Assembly (NCBI GenBank): GCA_014804425.1
Contig: JAAUZV010000014.1
Coordinates: 437,121-501,120, forward strand
Direction: 5' to 3'
Source: Lachnospiraceae bacterium
GTDB lineage: Bacteria > Bacillota > Clostridia > Lachnospirales > Lachnospiraceae
DNA length: 64,000 nt
A program made the position numbers and the translations under genes. This document shows positions 1 through 7,817 of this stretch, one piece after another (within the stretch, counting starts at the first letter, position 1; each line of letters opens with the position of its first letter). The notes under the pieces were generated by a model, which worked only from the letters and a program-made list of their open reading frames with translations, did not search any database and was not told where the DNA came from.

Positions 1-392
1 TCCTCCGACTCCCATCCTTTTCCCCGTCTGCCGCGCCCCATCGTCTGGGTATCCGCAACCACAAGCGCGCCGTGCGGCGCACCCTCCTCCGCAAGACGCT
101 TCGCGTCAATATTCGTAGAGCCTGTTTCTCCGTAGGAATACACCGTCCTGCCCGCCCATGCAGTCGTAAGCCGGCTTGTGACCTCCTCTGCGGAGATTAC
201 GTCGGGCGCGCTTTTTAAGCAGTAGCCCCGGTTCGGAACCGCCTCGATCTCATAGCCTTCCGCTTTCAATTGATTGATGATCTTCCAGACAGCCGTGCGT
301 GATACACCGAAGCGTTCGCACAGCTCCTGCCCGGACACATAGCTCCCGCCGCGCAGGAGCTTCAGGATCTGCGTCTTTTTTGTTTCTTCCAT
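1..392 (-). CDS. birA: Biotin--[acetyl-CoA-carboxylase] ligase / biotin operon repressor BirA, N-terminal ~130 codons (gene continues past the left edge)
   Basis: Own translation of the reverse strand from ATG (392-390): MEETKKTQILKLLRGGSYVSGQELCERFGVSRTAVWKIINQLKAEGYEIEAVPNRGYCL, a winged-helix HTH. It continues to VVADTQTMGRGRRGKGWES, the biotin-ligase GRGRxGRxW motif. Absent from the ORF track because the ORF is open at the window edge. Confidence 0.85.
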   Translation of the reverse strand, partial: MEETKKTQILKLLRGGSYVSGQELCERFGVSRTAVWKIINQLKAEGYEIEAVPNRGYCLKSAPDVISAEEVTSRLTTAWAGRTVYSYGETGSTNIDAKRLAEEGAPHGALVVADTQTMGRGRRGKGWESE

Positions 393-451
393 TTCCTAAT
401 CCCCGTCATGCCAAATATGGCGTTATCATCTGCGAAGATTTTCTTCTCACA

Positions 452-1456
452 CTAAAACGCGCCGAGTGTCGCCGCCATGACCGCCTTGATCGTGTGCATG
501 CGGTTTTCCGCCTCCTCAAACACATGGGAGCGCGCGGACTCAAACACCTCGTCCGTCACTTCCATTTCGGTCAGGCCGTATTTTTCATGGATTTCCTTTC
601 CGATCTTCGTGTCCAGATCATGAAACGCAGGAAGGCAATGCAAAAACACCGCTTTCTCTCCCGCATGATCCATGACCTCACTTGTCACGCGATACGGCGT
701 TAAATCGCGGATACGTTCCTCCCATACGCTGTCCGGCTCGCCCATGGACACCCATACATCGGTGCAGATCACGTCCGCGCCTTTTGTTCCTTCCTTGACA
801 TCCGAGGTCAGCGTGACCGTTCCGCCGCTCTCCTTCGCGTATTCCCTGCACTGTGCCACAAGCGCCTCGTCCGGAAAATACTTCTCCGGCGCGCACGCCG
901 TAAAATGCAGTCCGAGCTTTGCGCATACGATCATCAGCGAATTTCCCATGTTATAACGGGCGTCACCCATATACACCAGTTTTAAGCCCGCAAGATGCCC
1001 GAACAGCTCACGGACCGTCAGCATATCGGCAAGCATCTGCGTCGGATGATACTCGTTCGTCAGTCCGTTCCAGACCGGAACACCCGCATGGGCGGCAAGC
1101 TCCTCCACGATCGTCTGCTCGAAGCCCCGATACTCAATCCCCTCATACATGGAGCCGAGCACGCGCGCCGTATCCTTAATGCTTTCCTTTTTCCCGATCT
1201 GCGAGCCCGACGGATCTAAATAAGTCGTTCCCATGCCGAGGTCATGCGCCGCCACCTCAAATGAGCAGCGCGTCCGCGTACTGGTCTTCTCAAAAATGAG
1301 CGCCACGTTTTTTCCGCGCAGCACATCGACCGGGATTCCTTTTTTCTTTTTTTCCTTTAATTCCGCCGCCAAATCCAGCAGATAAGTGATCTCCTGCGGC
1401 GTAAAATCCATTAACGTTAAAAAATGACGTCCTTTTAAGCTGATCGTTTCACTCAT
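452..1456 (-). CDS. argF: Ornithine carbamoyltransferase
   Basis: ATG at 1456 with GGAGGA about 7 nt upstream. Motifs [13 protein letters not shown] (STRTR), EYHPTQ and FLHCLPAF are present. The 50 extra N-terminal codons in the tracked ORF have no RBS. Anabolic versus catabolic role cannot be decided from sequence. Confidence 0.92.
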   Translation of the reverse strand: MSETISLKGRHFLTLMDFTPQEITYLLDLAAELKEKKKKGIPVDVLRGKNVALIFEKTSTRTRCSFEVAAHDLGMGTTYLDPSGSQIGKKESIKDTARVLGSMYEGIEYRGFEQTIVEELAAHAGVPVWNGLTNEYHPTQMLADMLTVRELFGHLAGLKLVYMGDARYNMGNSLMIVCAKLGLHFTACAPEKYFPDEALVAQCREYAKESGGTVTLTSDVKEGTKGADVICTDVWVSMGEPDSVWEERIRDLTPYRVTSEVMDHAGEKAVFLHCLPAFHDLDTKIGKEIHEKYGLTEMEVTDEVFESARSHVFEEAENRMHTIKAVMAATLGAF

Positions 1457-1523
1457 GCGAATCCTCCATGCCTTTCCATAACCTGCGAAGTGAACTTGTT
1501 TACTTTTGAAAACAATTGTGCAG

Positions 1524-1553
1524 AAAAAAGAGCCGCGCTGCGCGCAGCTCTTT
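1524..1553 (-). terminator. Rho-independent terminator after the SPFH gene
   Basis: Minus strand reads AAAGAGCTGCGCGCAGCGCGGCTCTTTTTTCTG: a GC-rich stem followed by a T-run. Confidence 0.6.
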
Positions 1554-1633
1554 CGAAGTATCACTTGCGTGATTCTTTCAGGATGAATATTTCCTATCAG
1601 ATGCACAACGTATCGCCAAACGCTCCCGTAAGC

Positions 1634-2563
1634 TTATTTCGTAATGACCTCCTTAAAGGTCGTAGCAAGCCCTGCGATTCCCTGTAAATCGGACGGAATG
1701 ATGATCTTGGTCGCCTGCCCGTTCGCCGCTTTCTCAAACGCCTCTAAGCTCTTTAACTGCAACACCTTATCATCCATACCAGATTCCTTTAAGAAACGGA
1801 TACCGTCCGCCGTTGCCTGCTGCACTCTCAAAATGGCCTCCGCCTGACCTTCCGCCTCACGGATCATTTTCTCTTTCTGTGCCTCTGCGCGGAGGATGGC
1901 TGCCTGCTTCTCTGCTTCCGCCTCAAGAATCGCCGCCTCTTTCTTACCTTCCGCAACGGTCACGCTTGCTTTTTTCTCACCTTCCGCTCTCGTAACCGCT
2001 TCACGGCGCTCACGCTCCGCCTTCATCTGTCTCTCCATCGCATTCTGGATCTCTGCGGGAGGAATGATATTCTTTAACTCGACACGCGTAACCTTAATAC
2101 CCCACGGGTCAGTCGCCACATCCAAAGACGCACGCATTTTCGTGTTGATCGTCTCACGCGATGTCAGTGTCTGGTCAAGCTCTAAGTCACCGATGATGTT
2201 ACGCAGCGTCGTCGCCGTCAGATTCTCGATCGCCATGATCGGGTTCTCCACGCCGTATGCGAACAGTCTCGGATCGGTGATCATGAAAAATACGACCGTA
2301 TCGATCCGCATCGTAACGTTATCCTTCGTGATAACGGGCTGCGGCGCAAAGTCCACAACCTGCTCTTTTAACAGGACTCTCTTTGCAACCTTATCGATCA
2401 GCGGCATTTTGAAGTGAATGCCTACAGGCCATGTTCCCTGATAAGCGCCGAGACGCTCCACAACAAACGCCTGTGCCTGCGGAACGATCTTTACGCAGGA
2501 TGCAAGGATCATAATGAGTAATACAAGTACAACAAGAAGTGCGATAATTCCCGGATTATTCAT
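1634..2563 (-). CDS. SPFH/band-7 (stomatin/prohibitin-like) membrane protein
   Basis: ATG at 2563 gives MNNPGIIALLVVLVLLIMILASC (N-terminal TM). The SPFH core follows (VVERLGAYQGTW...DNVTMRIDTVVFF...LRNIIGDLELDQTLTSRE), then an Ala/Glu-rich coiled coil. Sits downstream of an NfeD gene, the classic pairing. Confidence 0.88.
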   Translation of the reverse strand: MNNPGIIALLVVLVLLIMILASCVKIVPQAQAFVVERLGAYQGTWPVGIHFKMPLIDKVAKRVLLKEQVVDFAPQPVITKDNVTMRIDTVVFFMITDPRLFAYGVENPIMAIENLTATTLRNIIGDLELDQTLTSRETINTKMRASLDVATDPWGIKVTRVELKNIIPPAEIQNAMERQMKAERERREAVTRAEGEKKASVTVAEGKKEAAILEAEAEKQAAILRAEAQKEKMIREAEGQAEAILRVQQATADGIRFLKESGMDDKVLQLKSLEAFEKAANGQATKIIIPSDLQGIAGLATTFKEVITK

Positions 2564-2673
2564 AACTGTTCCCTTTCCGCTTACCCGCCTTCGGGTAAGT
2601 CCTTTTCGATTTTGATTGCATGTAAGCCCCCCGGCTTTTCTGTAATGCTGACGTACGCAGACCTGTCTGCTTC

Positions 2674-3105
2674 CTATTTCGGCTCCACGATCAGCTTCAC
2701 GCCGCTTACCTGCCTGACAACGACCACCATGCCAACCGGAAGTCTCATGCCCTCGTAGAGCGTACGGGCCGACCATTCCTGTCCGCCGACCTTAACCTCG
2801 CCGATCCCCTCAAGATTATTGATCTCACTTGTCACGATCGCCTGCATGCCGATCATGCTCTCCACATTCGTCCGCACCCGGTCCTTATTGAAATAGCGGA
2901 CGGCAAGCGGTCTTGTAAACCACAAAAGCACCAGAGAGACCACAAAAAACAGGATGATCTGAAGCCACAGGGGCGCCGAAAAGGCAGCTGCGACCGCTGC
3001 GATCAGACTTCCGCCCGCAAACCAGATCGTCGTCAACGCCATCGACACAAGCTCGACCACGATAAATACAGCGAGCGCTATCAGCCATATGACAGTCAAA
3101 TTCAT
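2674..3105 (-). CDS. NfeD-family membrane protein (partner of the SPFH protein)
   Basis: Three N-terminal TM helices plus a C-terminal OB-like tail (GIGEVKVGGQEWSARTLYEGMRLPVGMVVVVRQVSGVKLIVEP). ATG at 3105 has GGGGA 6-7 nt upstream; the ATG at 3111 is an alternative start. Confidence 0.8.
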   Translation of the reverse strand: MNLTVIWLIALAVFIVVELVSMALTTIWFAGGSLIAAVAAAFSAPLWLQIILFFVVSLVLLWFTRPLAVRYFNKDRVRTNVESMIGMQAIVTSEINNLEGIGEVKVGGQEWSARTLYEGMRLPVGMVVVVRQVSGVKLIVEPK

Positions 3106-3239
3106 AACCATTCCCCTTTCTTCTGTTCTGTGTGTATTATCTTACACCATTTTGAAAAAAAAAGAAACCCTCCTGCCTAGAGTTTCTTTCTTTTTTCATA
3201 TCGTTCAGCCGCGCCATTCGCAAAGGCGCCTCTGGCGCT

Positions 3240-4469
3240 TTACCAAAACGCATGATCGCCGATGATCAGATCGCTGCTGCGGATGGTCTTTACATTAAAA
3301 TGAAGCACATCGCCGACATTGCTGACGCCGCTCATCGCCTCGATCGCCGCCTGGGTACACGAATCCGGCACACCGCGCTGCAGCGCTTTCGCCACTCTGC
3401 CCGTCATGGCAGGCGTAAACTGTCCCGGCGCATAAATAACGCCCGATATTGTATTAGGGTACGCCGGATGCTTCACGCGGTTCATCACGACCGCGCCGAC
3501 CGCAAGCTGTCCCTCATACGTCTGATTGCCCGCCTCACACCAGATCAACGCCGCTAAAAGCTGCAGATCACTGTAGTTCGCCTCGACATTAGCCTGCTCC
3601 TCGCTGAGCGCCGCCCTGCGGGCTGCCGCATCCTCCTGTGCCCTGCGTCTTGCTTCCGCCTCAGCCGCTTCGCGCTCCGAGATCTCCTCCATGGTCTCTC
3701 CCGTCGCGCATAACAGATCTACCGTTACATATTGGGCGGACACATAGCCCTCGCTCCCGTCATAAGCGACCTTGAGCCATTCGCCCATATCTTCATAAAT
3801 ATCGACAATATCCCCCTCGGCAAGCAGCGCGTAAATACCCGCATCCGTAGACGCCGCCTTGCGGATGCGCAGTCCGCTCTCATTTACCGTTGCCGTCCAT
3901 CTTCCTACCTGCGCCAACGCTTCCTGCGCTTCCTCATCAAATAACAGATAATCGTTCTTCGCCCATCCGACAACGCTGCCCGAACGAAGAAGCGTCCATC
4001 CGTCACCCTCCTCTAAAATCTCACCGTAACAGTCCGCATACAGCCTGCCGATGATCGGTGCATCCTCGCTTGCCGATGCCCGGACATTCAGTGTGCTCTG
4101 CACATTTGTCATAACAAATGCGTTTTGACTCTCTGCGGCATCCGCCGCCTCCGGTCCATCTGCCGACGCCTGTTCCTGCGCTGCTTCTAAAGACGCCTGC
4201 GTCCCCCTCGTCTCTATGCCGGACGGGGTCCCCTGCGCTCCTCCTGCTTCGGAGTTTAATGAAAGCTCCGTATCCAAGATCAGTGCCACACCGGCGCTCA
4301 GCGCATCTGTATCCAGCATCAGCTCAGCTCCCGCCTGCAGCGCATCCACATGTTCGGTGCCGCCCGCCATGACTGTTCTCGTTGAAGCGGCTACATACGC
4401 CAAGATCACAACAACCGCCATGATCATCGCAGCCGCGCGGGACAGTCTTCCGCCTGTTGCTCCCTTCAT
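3240..4469 (-). CDS. Secreted cell-wall hydrolase, SleB/CwlJ-type catalytic domain with SH3b-like repeats
   Basis: ATG at 4469 with GGAGG upstream, followed by a signal/anchor helix. Two SH3b-like segments are visible (LNVRASASEDAPIIGRL..., GLRIRKAASTDAGIYALL...). The C-terminus LLAALIWCEAGNQTYEGQLAVGAVVMNRV...GVIYAPGQF is typical of the Hydrolase_2 family. Confidence 0.8.
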   Translation of the reverse strand: MKGATGGRLSRAAAMIMAVVVILAYVAASTRTVMAGGTEHVDALQAGAELMLDTDALSAGVALILDTELSLNSEAGGAQGTPSGIETRGTQASLEAAQEQASADGPEAADAAESQNAFVMTNVQSTLNVRASASEDAPIIGRLYADCYGEILEEGDGWTLLRSGSVVGWAKNDYLLFDEEAQEALAQVGRWTATVNESGLRIRKAASTDAGIYALLAEGDIVDIYEDMGEWLKVAYDGSEGYVSAQYVTVDLLCATGETMEEISEREAAEAEARRRAQEDAAARRAALSEEQANVEANYSDLQLLAALIWCEAGNQTYEGQLAVGAVVMNRVKHPAYPNTISGVIYAPGQFTPAMTGRVAKALQRGVPDSCTQAAIEAMSGVSNVGDVLHFNVKTIRSSDLIIGDHAFW

Positions 4470-4773
4470 ATGAAACCTCCGTGTGATTTGTGTTTTCCGT
4501 ATCGAAATCTTTGTGCGTTTTTTACTTTCCCTTACAAGTTTATTGCTTTCTTGTGTCAAATATTACGATTTTATTAAATAATGTTACGGCACATATAATA
4601 ACAAAGCAGGATACTTTTGTCAAGTTCCCTGCCCTCGTTAAAATTTCACACAATTTCTATTTCTTTTATGGTTATTTCATACAACTTCTACAGAAGTCAA
4701 CTCGCGAATATGACAAAAAAATAATTTCCATATCGTCCGGCCATCCTGTCGGACAATCCATTCTCCGCCTGAT

Positions 4774-5568
4774 CTACAGCCGCTTTGACTTTTCCACACA
4801 GGCTGTCAGCGCCTCCACGACTGCGCTACGCATTCCTTGACGCTCCAGCACTCGCACGCCTTCGATCGTTGTCCCGGCAGGCGAGCAGACCATATCCTTC
4901 AGTTCTGCGGGATGCTTCCCCGTCTCCAGGATCAGCTTTGCCGTTCCCAAGACTGTCTGCGCCGCAAATTCATATGCCTGCGCCCTCGGCATACCGCCGA
5001 GCACCGCCGCATCCGCCATCGCCTCCACAAACATGCACACATAGGCGGGCGCGCTTCCCGCTACCGCACCAACCGTATCCATCAGACGCTCCGGCACCTC
5101 GACCGCCCTTCCGAACGAGGAAAGGAGCTTTTCTGCCAGCATCTTATCCTCATCCGTCGCCTGCAAGTTATAACAAACACCCGTGCAGCCCTCGCCGACA
5201 AGCGCCGGCGTATTCGGCATACACCTTACCAGACGGAGCGTTTTTCCGAATTCCTGCTCGATATAAGCGGTCGTTTTGCCTGCCGCAATGGAAATAACAA
5301 GTGTTTTTTCATCGACACGGTCCTTCACCTGCGCGATCACCTGTGGAAACATCTGAGGCTTGACCGCTAAAAAGAGAATGTCCGACTCCTCTGCCACACG
5401 ACAATTGTCCGGTGTCGTCTCAATCCCGAAACGTTCCGATACCGCATCCAGCGTTTTTGCGGTCGCCGCCGAACCGATCAGTTCTTCCGGCTTAACCACC
5501 TGTTTTTCCAGCATGCCGCCAATGATCGCTTTCGCCATATTGCCAAGTCCGATAAAACCGATTTTCAT
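4774..5568 (-). CDS. proC: Pyrroline-5-carboxylate reductase
   Basis: ATG at 5568 gives MKIGFIGLGNMAKAIIGG (Rossmann GxGxxG). The conserved C-terminal region PAELKDMVCSPAGTTIEGVRVLE is present. Confidence 0.92.
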   Translation of the reverse strand: MKIGFIGLGNMAKAIIGGMLEKQVVKPEELIGSAATAKTLDAVSERFGIETTPDNCRVAEESDILFLAVKPQMFPQVIAQVKDRVDEKTLVISIAAGKTTAYIEQEFGKTLRLVRCMPNTPALVGEGCTGVCYNLQATDEDKMLAEKLLSSFGRAVEVPERLMDTVGAVAGSAPAYVCMFVEAMADAAVLGGMPRAQAYEFAAQTVLGTAKLILETGKHPAELKDMVCSPAGTTIEGVRVLERQGMRSAVVEALTACVEKSKRL

Positions 5569-5602
5569 ATACTTCCTTCCTTTCTGTTTTGCATTCCGTA
5601 TC

Positions 5603-6397
5603 TTAGGAACGCCTCTGGCGTGCAGCTTCATACAGCAGGATTCCCGCTGCCATCGCCGCATTTAAGGATTCCACATGTCCCGCCATTGGAATCGTAACGC
5701 AGCGATTTGCCCGCTTCACGGTCTCCTCCCGCAATCCGTTTCCCTCATTTCCGATCAAAAAAGCACACGGCTCCCGGTAGTCCGGTTCATCATAGACACA
5801 TGCGCCGTCTCCCGGACAGGCCGCATAGGTACGCACCCCTGCTGCCGCAAGCTGTTCCAGCGCCTCCCCCAGATCATCCGTCACGACAAACGGCACCCGG
5901 TATACGGAGCCCATCGTGGAGCGGATCGTCTTCGGACTGTAAATGTCCGCCGTATCCCGCGTCATGATCACACCGGATACGCCCGCACCCTCCGCCGTTC
6001 TGAGCATCGTGCCGAGATTTCCCGGGTCCTGTATCTGTTCCAGCACAAGAAGCAGCTGCGCCCTGCCGCTTTCCATTTTTAATAACGTATGTAATTTATA
6101 GTGAGACTGTTTTACCACCGTCAAAATGCCCTGCGGCGTTTTTGTATCGCTGATCTTGCGGAACACCTCGCTGCTCACAAGCTCGCAGGAAAGCGCATCC
6201 AGTTTTTCCCGCATGGCGGCATCCGCCGTATGATAACAGGATTCCTCCGCGTAAACCACCACGATCCGGTCCTCCGGCGCCTCCATAAACAGCTTTCGCC
6301 CCTCCGCCAGAAACACATCCGCCTCGGCGCGCGCTTTCGCCTTTGCAGAAAGCTCCGCAAGCTCCTTTACTTTTTTATTCGCCGTACTGGTGATCAT
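5603..6397 (-). CDS. TrmH/SpoU-family RNA 2'-O-methyltransferase
   Basis: SpoU motifs LVLEQIQDPGNLGTMLRTAEGAG, FLIGNEGNGL and IPMAGHVESLNAAMAAGILLYE. ATG at 6397 is preceded by GGGGG. The tracked ORF extends upstream only because the 18-bp tandem repeat happens to be open in frame. Confidence 0.85.
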   Translation of the reverse strand: MITSTANKKVKELAELSAKAKARAEADVFLAEGRKLFMEAPEDRIVVVYAEESCYHTADAAMREKLDALSCELVSSEVFRKISDTKTPQGILTVVKQSHYKLHTLLKMESGRAQLLLVLEQIQDPGNLGTMLRTAEGAGVSGVIMTRDTADIYSPKTIRSTMGSVYRVPFVVTDDLGEALEQLAAAGVRTYAACPGDGACVYDEPDYREPCAFLIGNEGNGLREETVKRANRCVTIPMAGHVESLNAAMAAGILLYEAARQRRS

Positions 6398-6424
6398 ATA
6401 AGCCCCCATTCTTACACAGCAAAC

Positions 6425-6550
6425 CGAACTTGTCCGGTTGAGCGAACTTGTTCGGTTAAGCGAACTTGTTCGGTTAAGCGAACTTGTTCGGTTAAGCGAA
6501 CTTGTTCGGTTAAGCGAACTTGTTCGGTTAAGCGAACTTGTTCGGTTTAT
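6425..6550. repeat. Tandem repeat, 7 copies of an 18-bp unit (CGAACTTGTTCGGTTAAG), five perfect and two degenerate end copies
   Basis: Counted directly: units start at 6425, 6443, 6461, 6479, 6497, 6515 and 6533. Each unit contains the inverted repeat CGAAC-TT-GTTCG. The array lies between the pfkA terminator and the methyltransferase start. Confidence 0.97.
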
Positions 6551-6562
6551 TCCCCACCCGCT

Positions 6563-6592
6563 AAAAAAGGGTTTGCGCCCGGCAAACCCTTT
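6563..6592 (-). terminator. Rho-independent terminator of pfkA
   Basis: Minus strand reads AAGGGTTTGCCGGGCGCAAACCCTTTTTT: a 10-bp stem with a T-run. Confidence 0.8.
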
Positions 6593-6644
6593 CCGTGATG
6601 TTCCCTTCCACCAAAAATTGAGACGCGCAAGCCGGATCATCCCG

Positions 6645-7619
6645 TTACTGTGCAAGTACGCGGCTCACCTCATACTGATACTCTGAAATATCCTTTTTCA
6701 TCGCCAGCGCTTCCTCAATATCGAAATCCCGAAATTCTCCGTTCTTATAGCCGACAACGCGGTTGCTCTTACCCTGACAGAGAATATCCGCCGCATAAGC
6801 GCCCATGACCGATGCGTAGAAACGATCCTTACAGGTCGGATTACCGCCACGCTGCATGTAGCCTAAGATCGTCGCTCTCGTCTCAATGCCCGTCGCCGCC
6901 TCAATGCGCCTTGCCATGGACGTGGAATGTCCGATGCCCTCGGCATTGATGATAATGTGATGCGTCTTCCCGCGCTTTCTGTTCGCGATGATATTATTAA
7001 TGATACTTTGCTCGTTATAATCGTATTTCTCCGGAAGAAGAATATCCTCCGCGCCGTTTGCAACGCCGCACCATAAAGCAATATAACCCGCATTGCGTCC
7101 CATGACCTCAATGATGCTGCACCGCTCATGGGAGGATGAGGTATCACGCACCTTATCGATCGCGCTCATTGCCGTATTGACTGCCGTATCAAAGCCGATC
7201 GTATAATCCGTGCAGGCAATATCCAAGTCGATCGTTCCGGGAAGTCCCACGGTGTTGATCCCGTGGCGCGCAATCTGCTGCGCTCCCCGATAAGAACCGT
7301 CTCCCCCGATCACGACAAGCCCGTCAATCCCGTGTTTGCGGCATATCTCCGCGCCTTTCTCCTGTCCCTCCTCCGTTCGGAACTCAGAGCAGCGCGCGGT
7401 TCCGAGAATCGTTCCGCCGCGTTGGATAATATCCGAGACAGAGTGCCGATCCATGTCAATGATCTCTTCGTTCAAAAGCCCCTGATAGCCTTTCTTGATT
7501 CCCTTTACCGAGACGCCGTTTGCAAGCGCTTTTCTCACGACGGAACGGATTGCCGCATTCATACCGGGCGCATCCCCGCCGCTCGTCAATACACCGATTG
7601 TCTTGATCTGATTCGCCAT
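6645..7619 (-). CDS. pfkA: ATP-dependent 6-phosphofructokinase
   Basis: IGVLTSGGDAPGMNAAIR, VVIGGDGSYRGA, GLPGTIDLD, EVMGRNAGYIAL and LGYMQRGG motifs are all present. Confidence 0.95.
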   Translation of the reverse strand: MANQIKTIGVLTSGGDAPGMNAAIRSVVRKALANGVSVKGIKKGYQGLLNEEIIDMDRHSVSDIIQRGGTILGTARCSEFRTEEGQEKGAEICRKHGIDGLVVIGGDGSYRGAQQIARHGINTVGLPGTIDLDIACTDYTIGFDTAVNTAMSAIDKVRDTSSSHERCSIIEVMGRNAGYIALWCGVANGAEDILLPEKYDYNEQSIINNIIANRKRGKTHHIIINAEGIGHSTSMARRIEAATGIETRATILGYMQRGGNPTCKDRFYASVMGAYAADILCQGKSNRVVGYKNGEFRDFDIEEALAMKKDISEYQYEVSRVLAQ

Positions 7620-7740
7620 CGTTCTACCATGCCCTTTCCGTCGTCCGTTTTATCTTTTATCTATTGAAGTCATTTTAATCTATTTTGAAACATTTTTCAA
7701 TACAGGCGGACATAAAAATGTGCAGGAGTTCTTTATCTAT

Positions 7741-7817
7741 ATAGGAAATTTCCCAGTCCCAGAAGAATTCGCCTTTGGCGAATTCTTCGAAAGAATGGCG
7801 CAAGGCGCCATTCTTTT
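7741..7817. repeat. REP-like element: tail motif ATAGGAAATTTCCCAGTCCC plus two stacked hairpins
   Basis: Hairpins AGAAGAATTCGCC-TTT-GGCGAATTCTTC and AAAGAATGGCGC-AA-GGCGCCATTCTTT. The reverse complement of 7741-7775 matches 15380-15414 at 31 of 34 aligned positions after one single-base indel. Confidence 0.85.

Noticed and set aside
6425-6550. The 18-bp array as a CRISPR array or as LexA (Cheo) boxes
   Set aside because: Units are contiguous with no spacers and there are no cas genes. CGAAC-N2-GTTCG has the wrong spacing for the Firmicute LexA box (CGAAC-N4-GTTCG).
6398-6655. N-terminal extension of the methyltransferase ORF containing (NRTSSL)x7
   Set aside because: The peptide repeat is just the 18-bp DNA tandem repeat read in frame. 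Plus-strand ORFs 6101-6598 (KRTCSV) and 6438-6686 (SELVRL) read through the same array in two other frames. The pfkA terminator lies inside the extension, and a good RBS/ATG exists at 6397.
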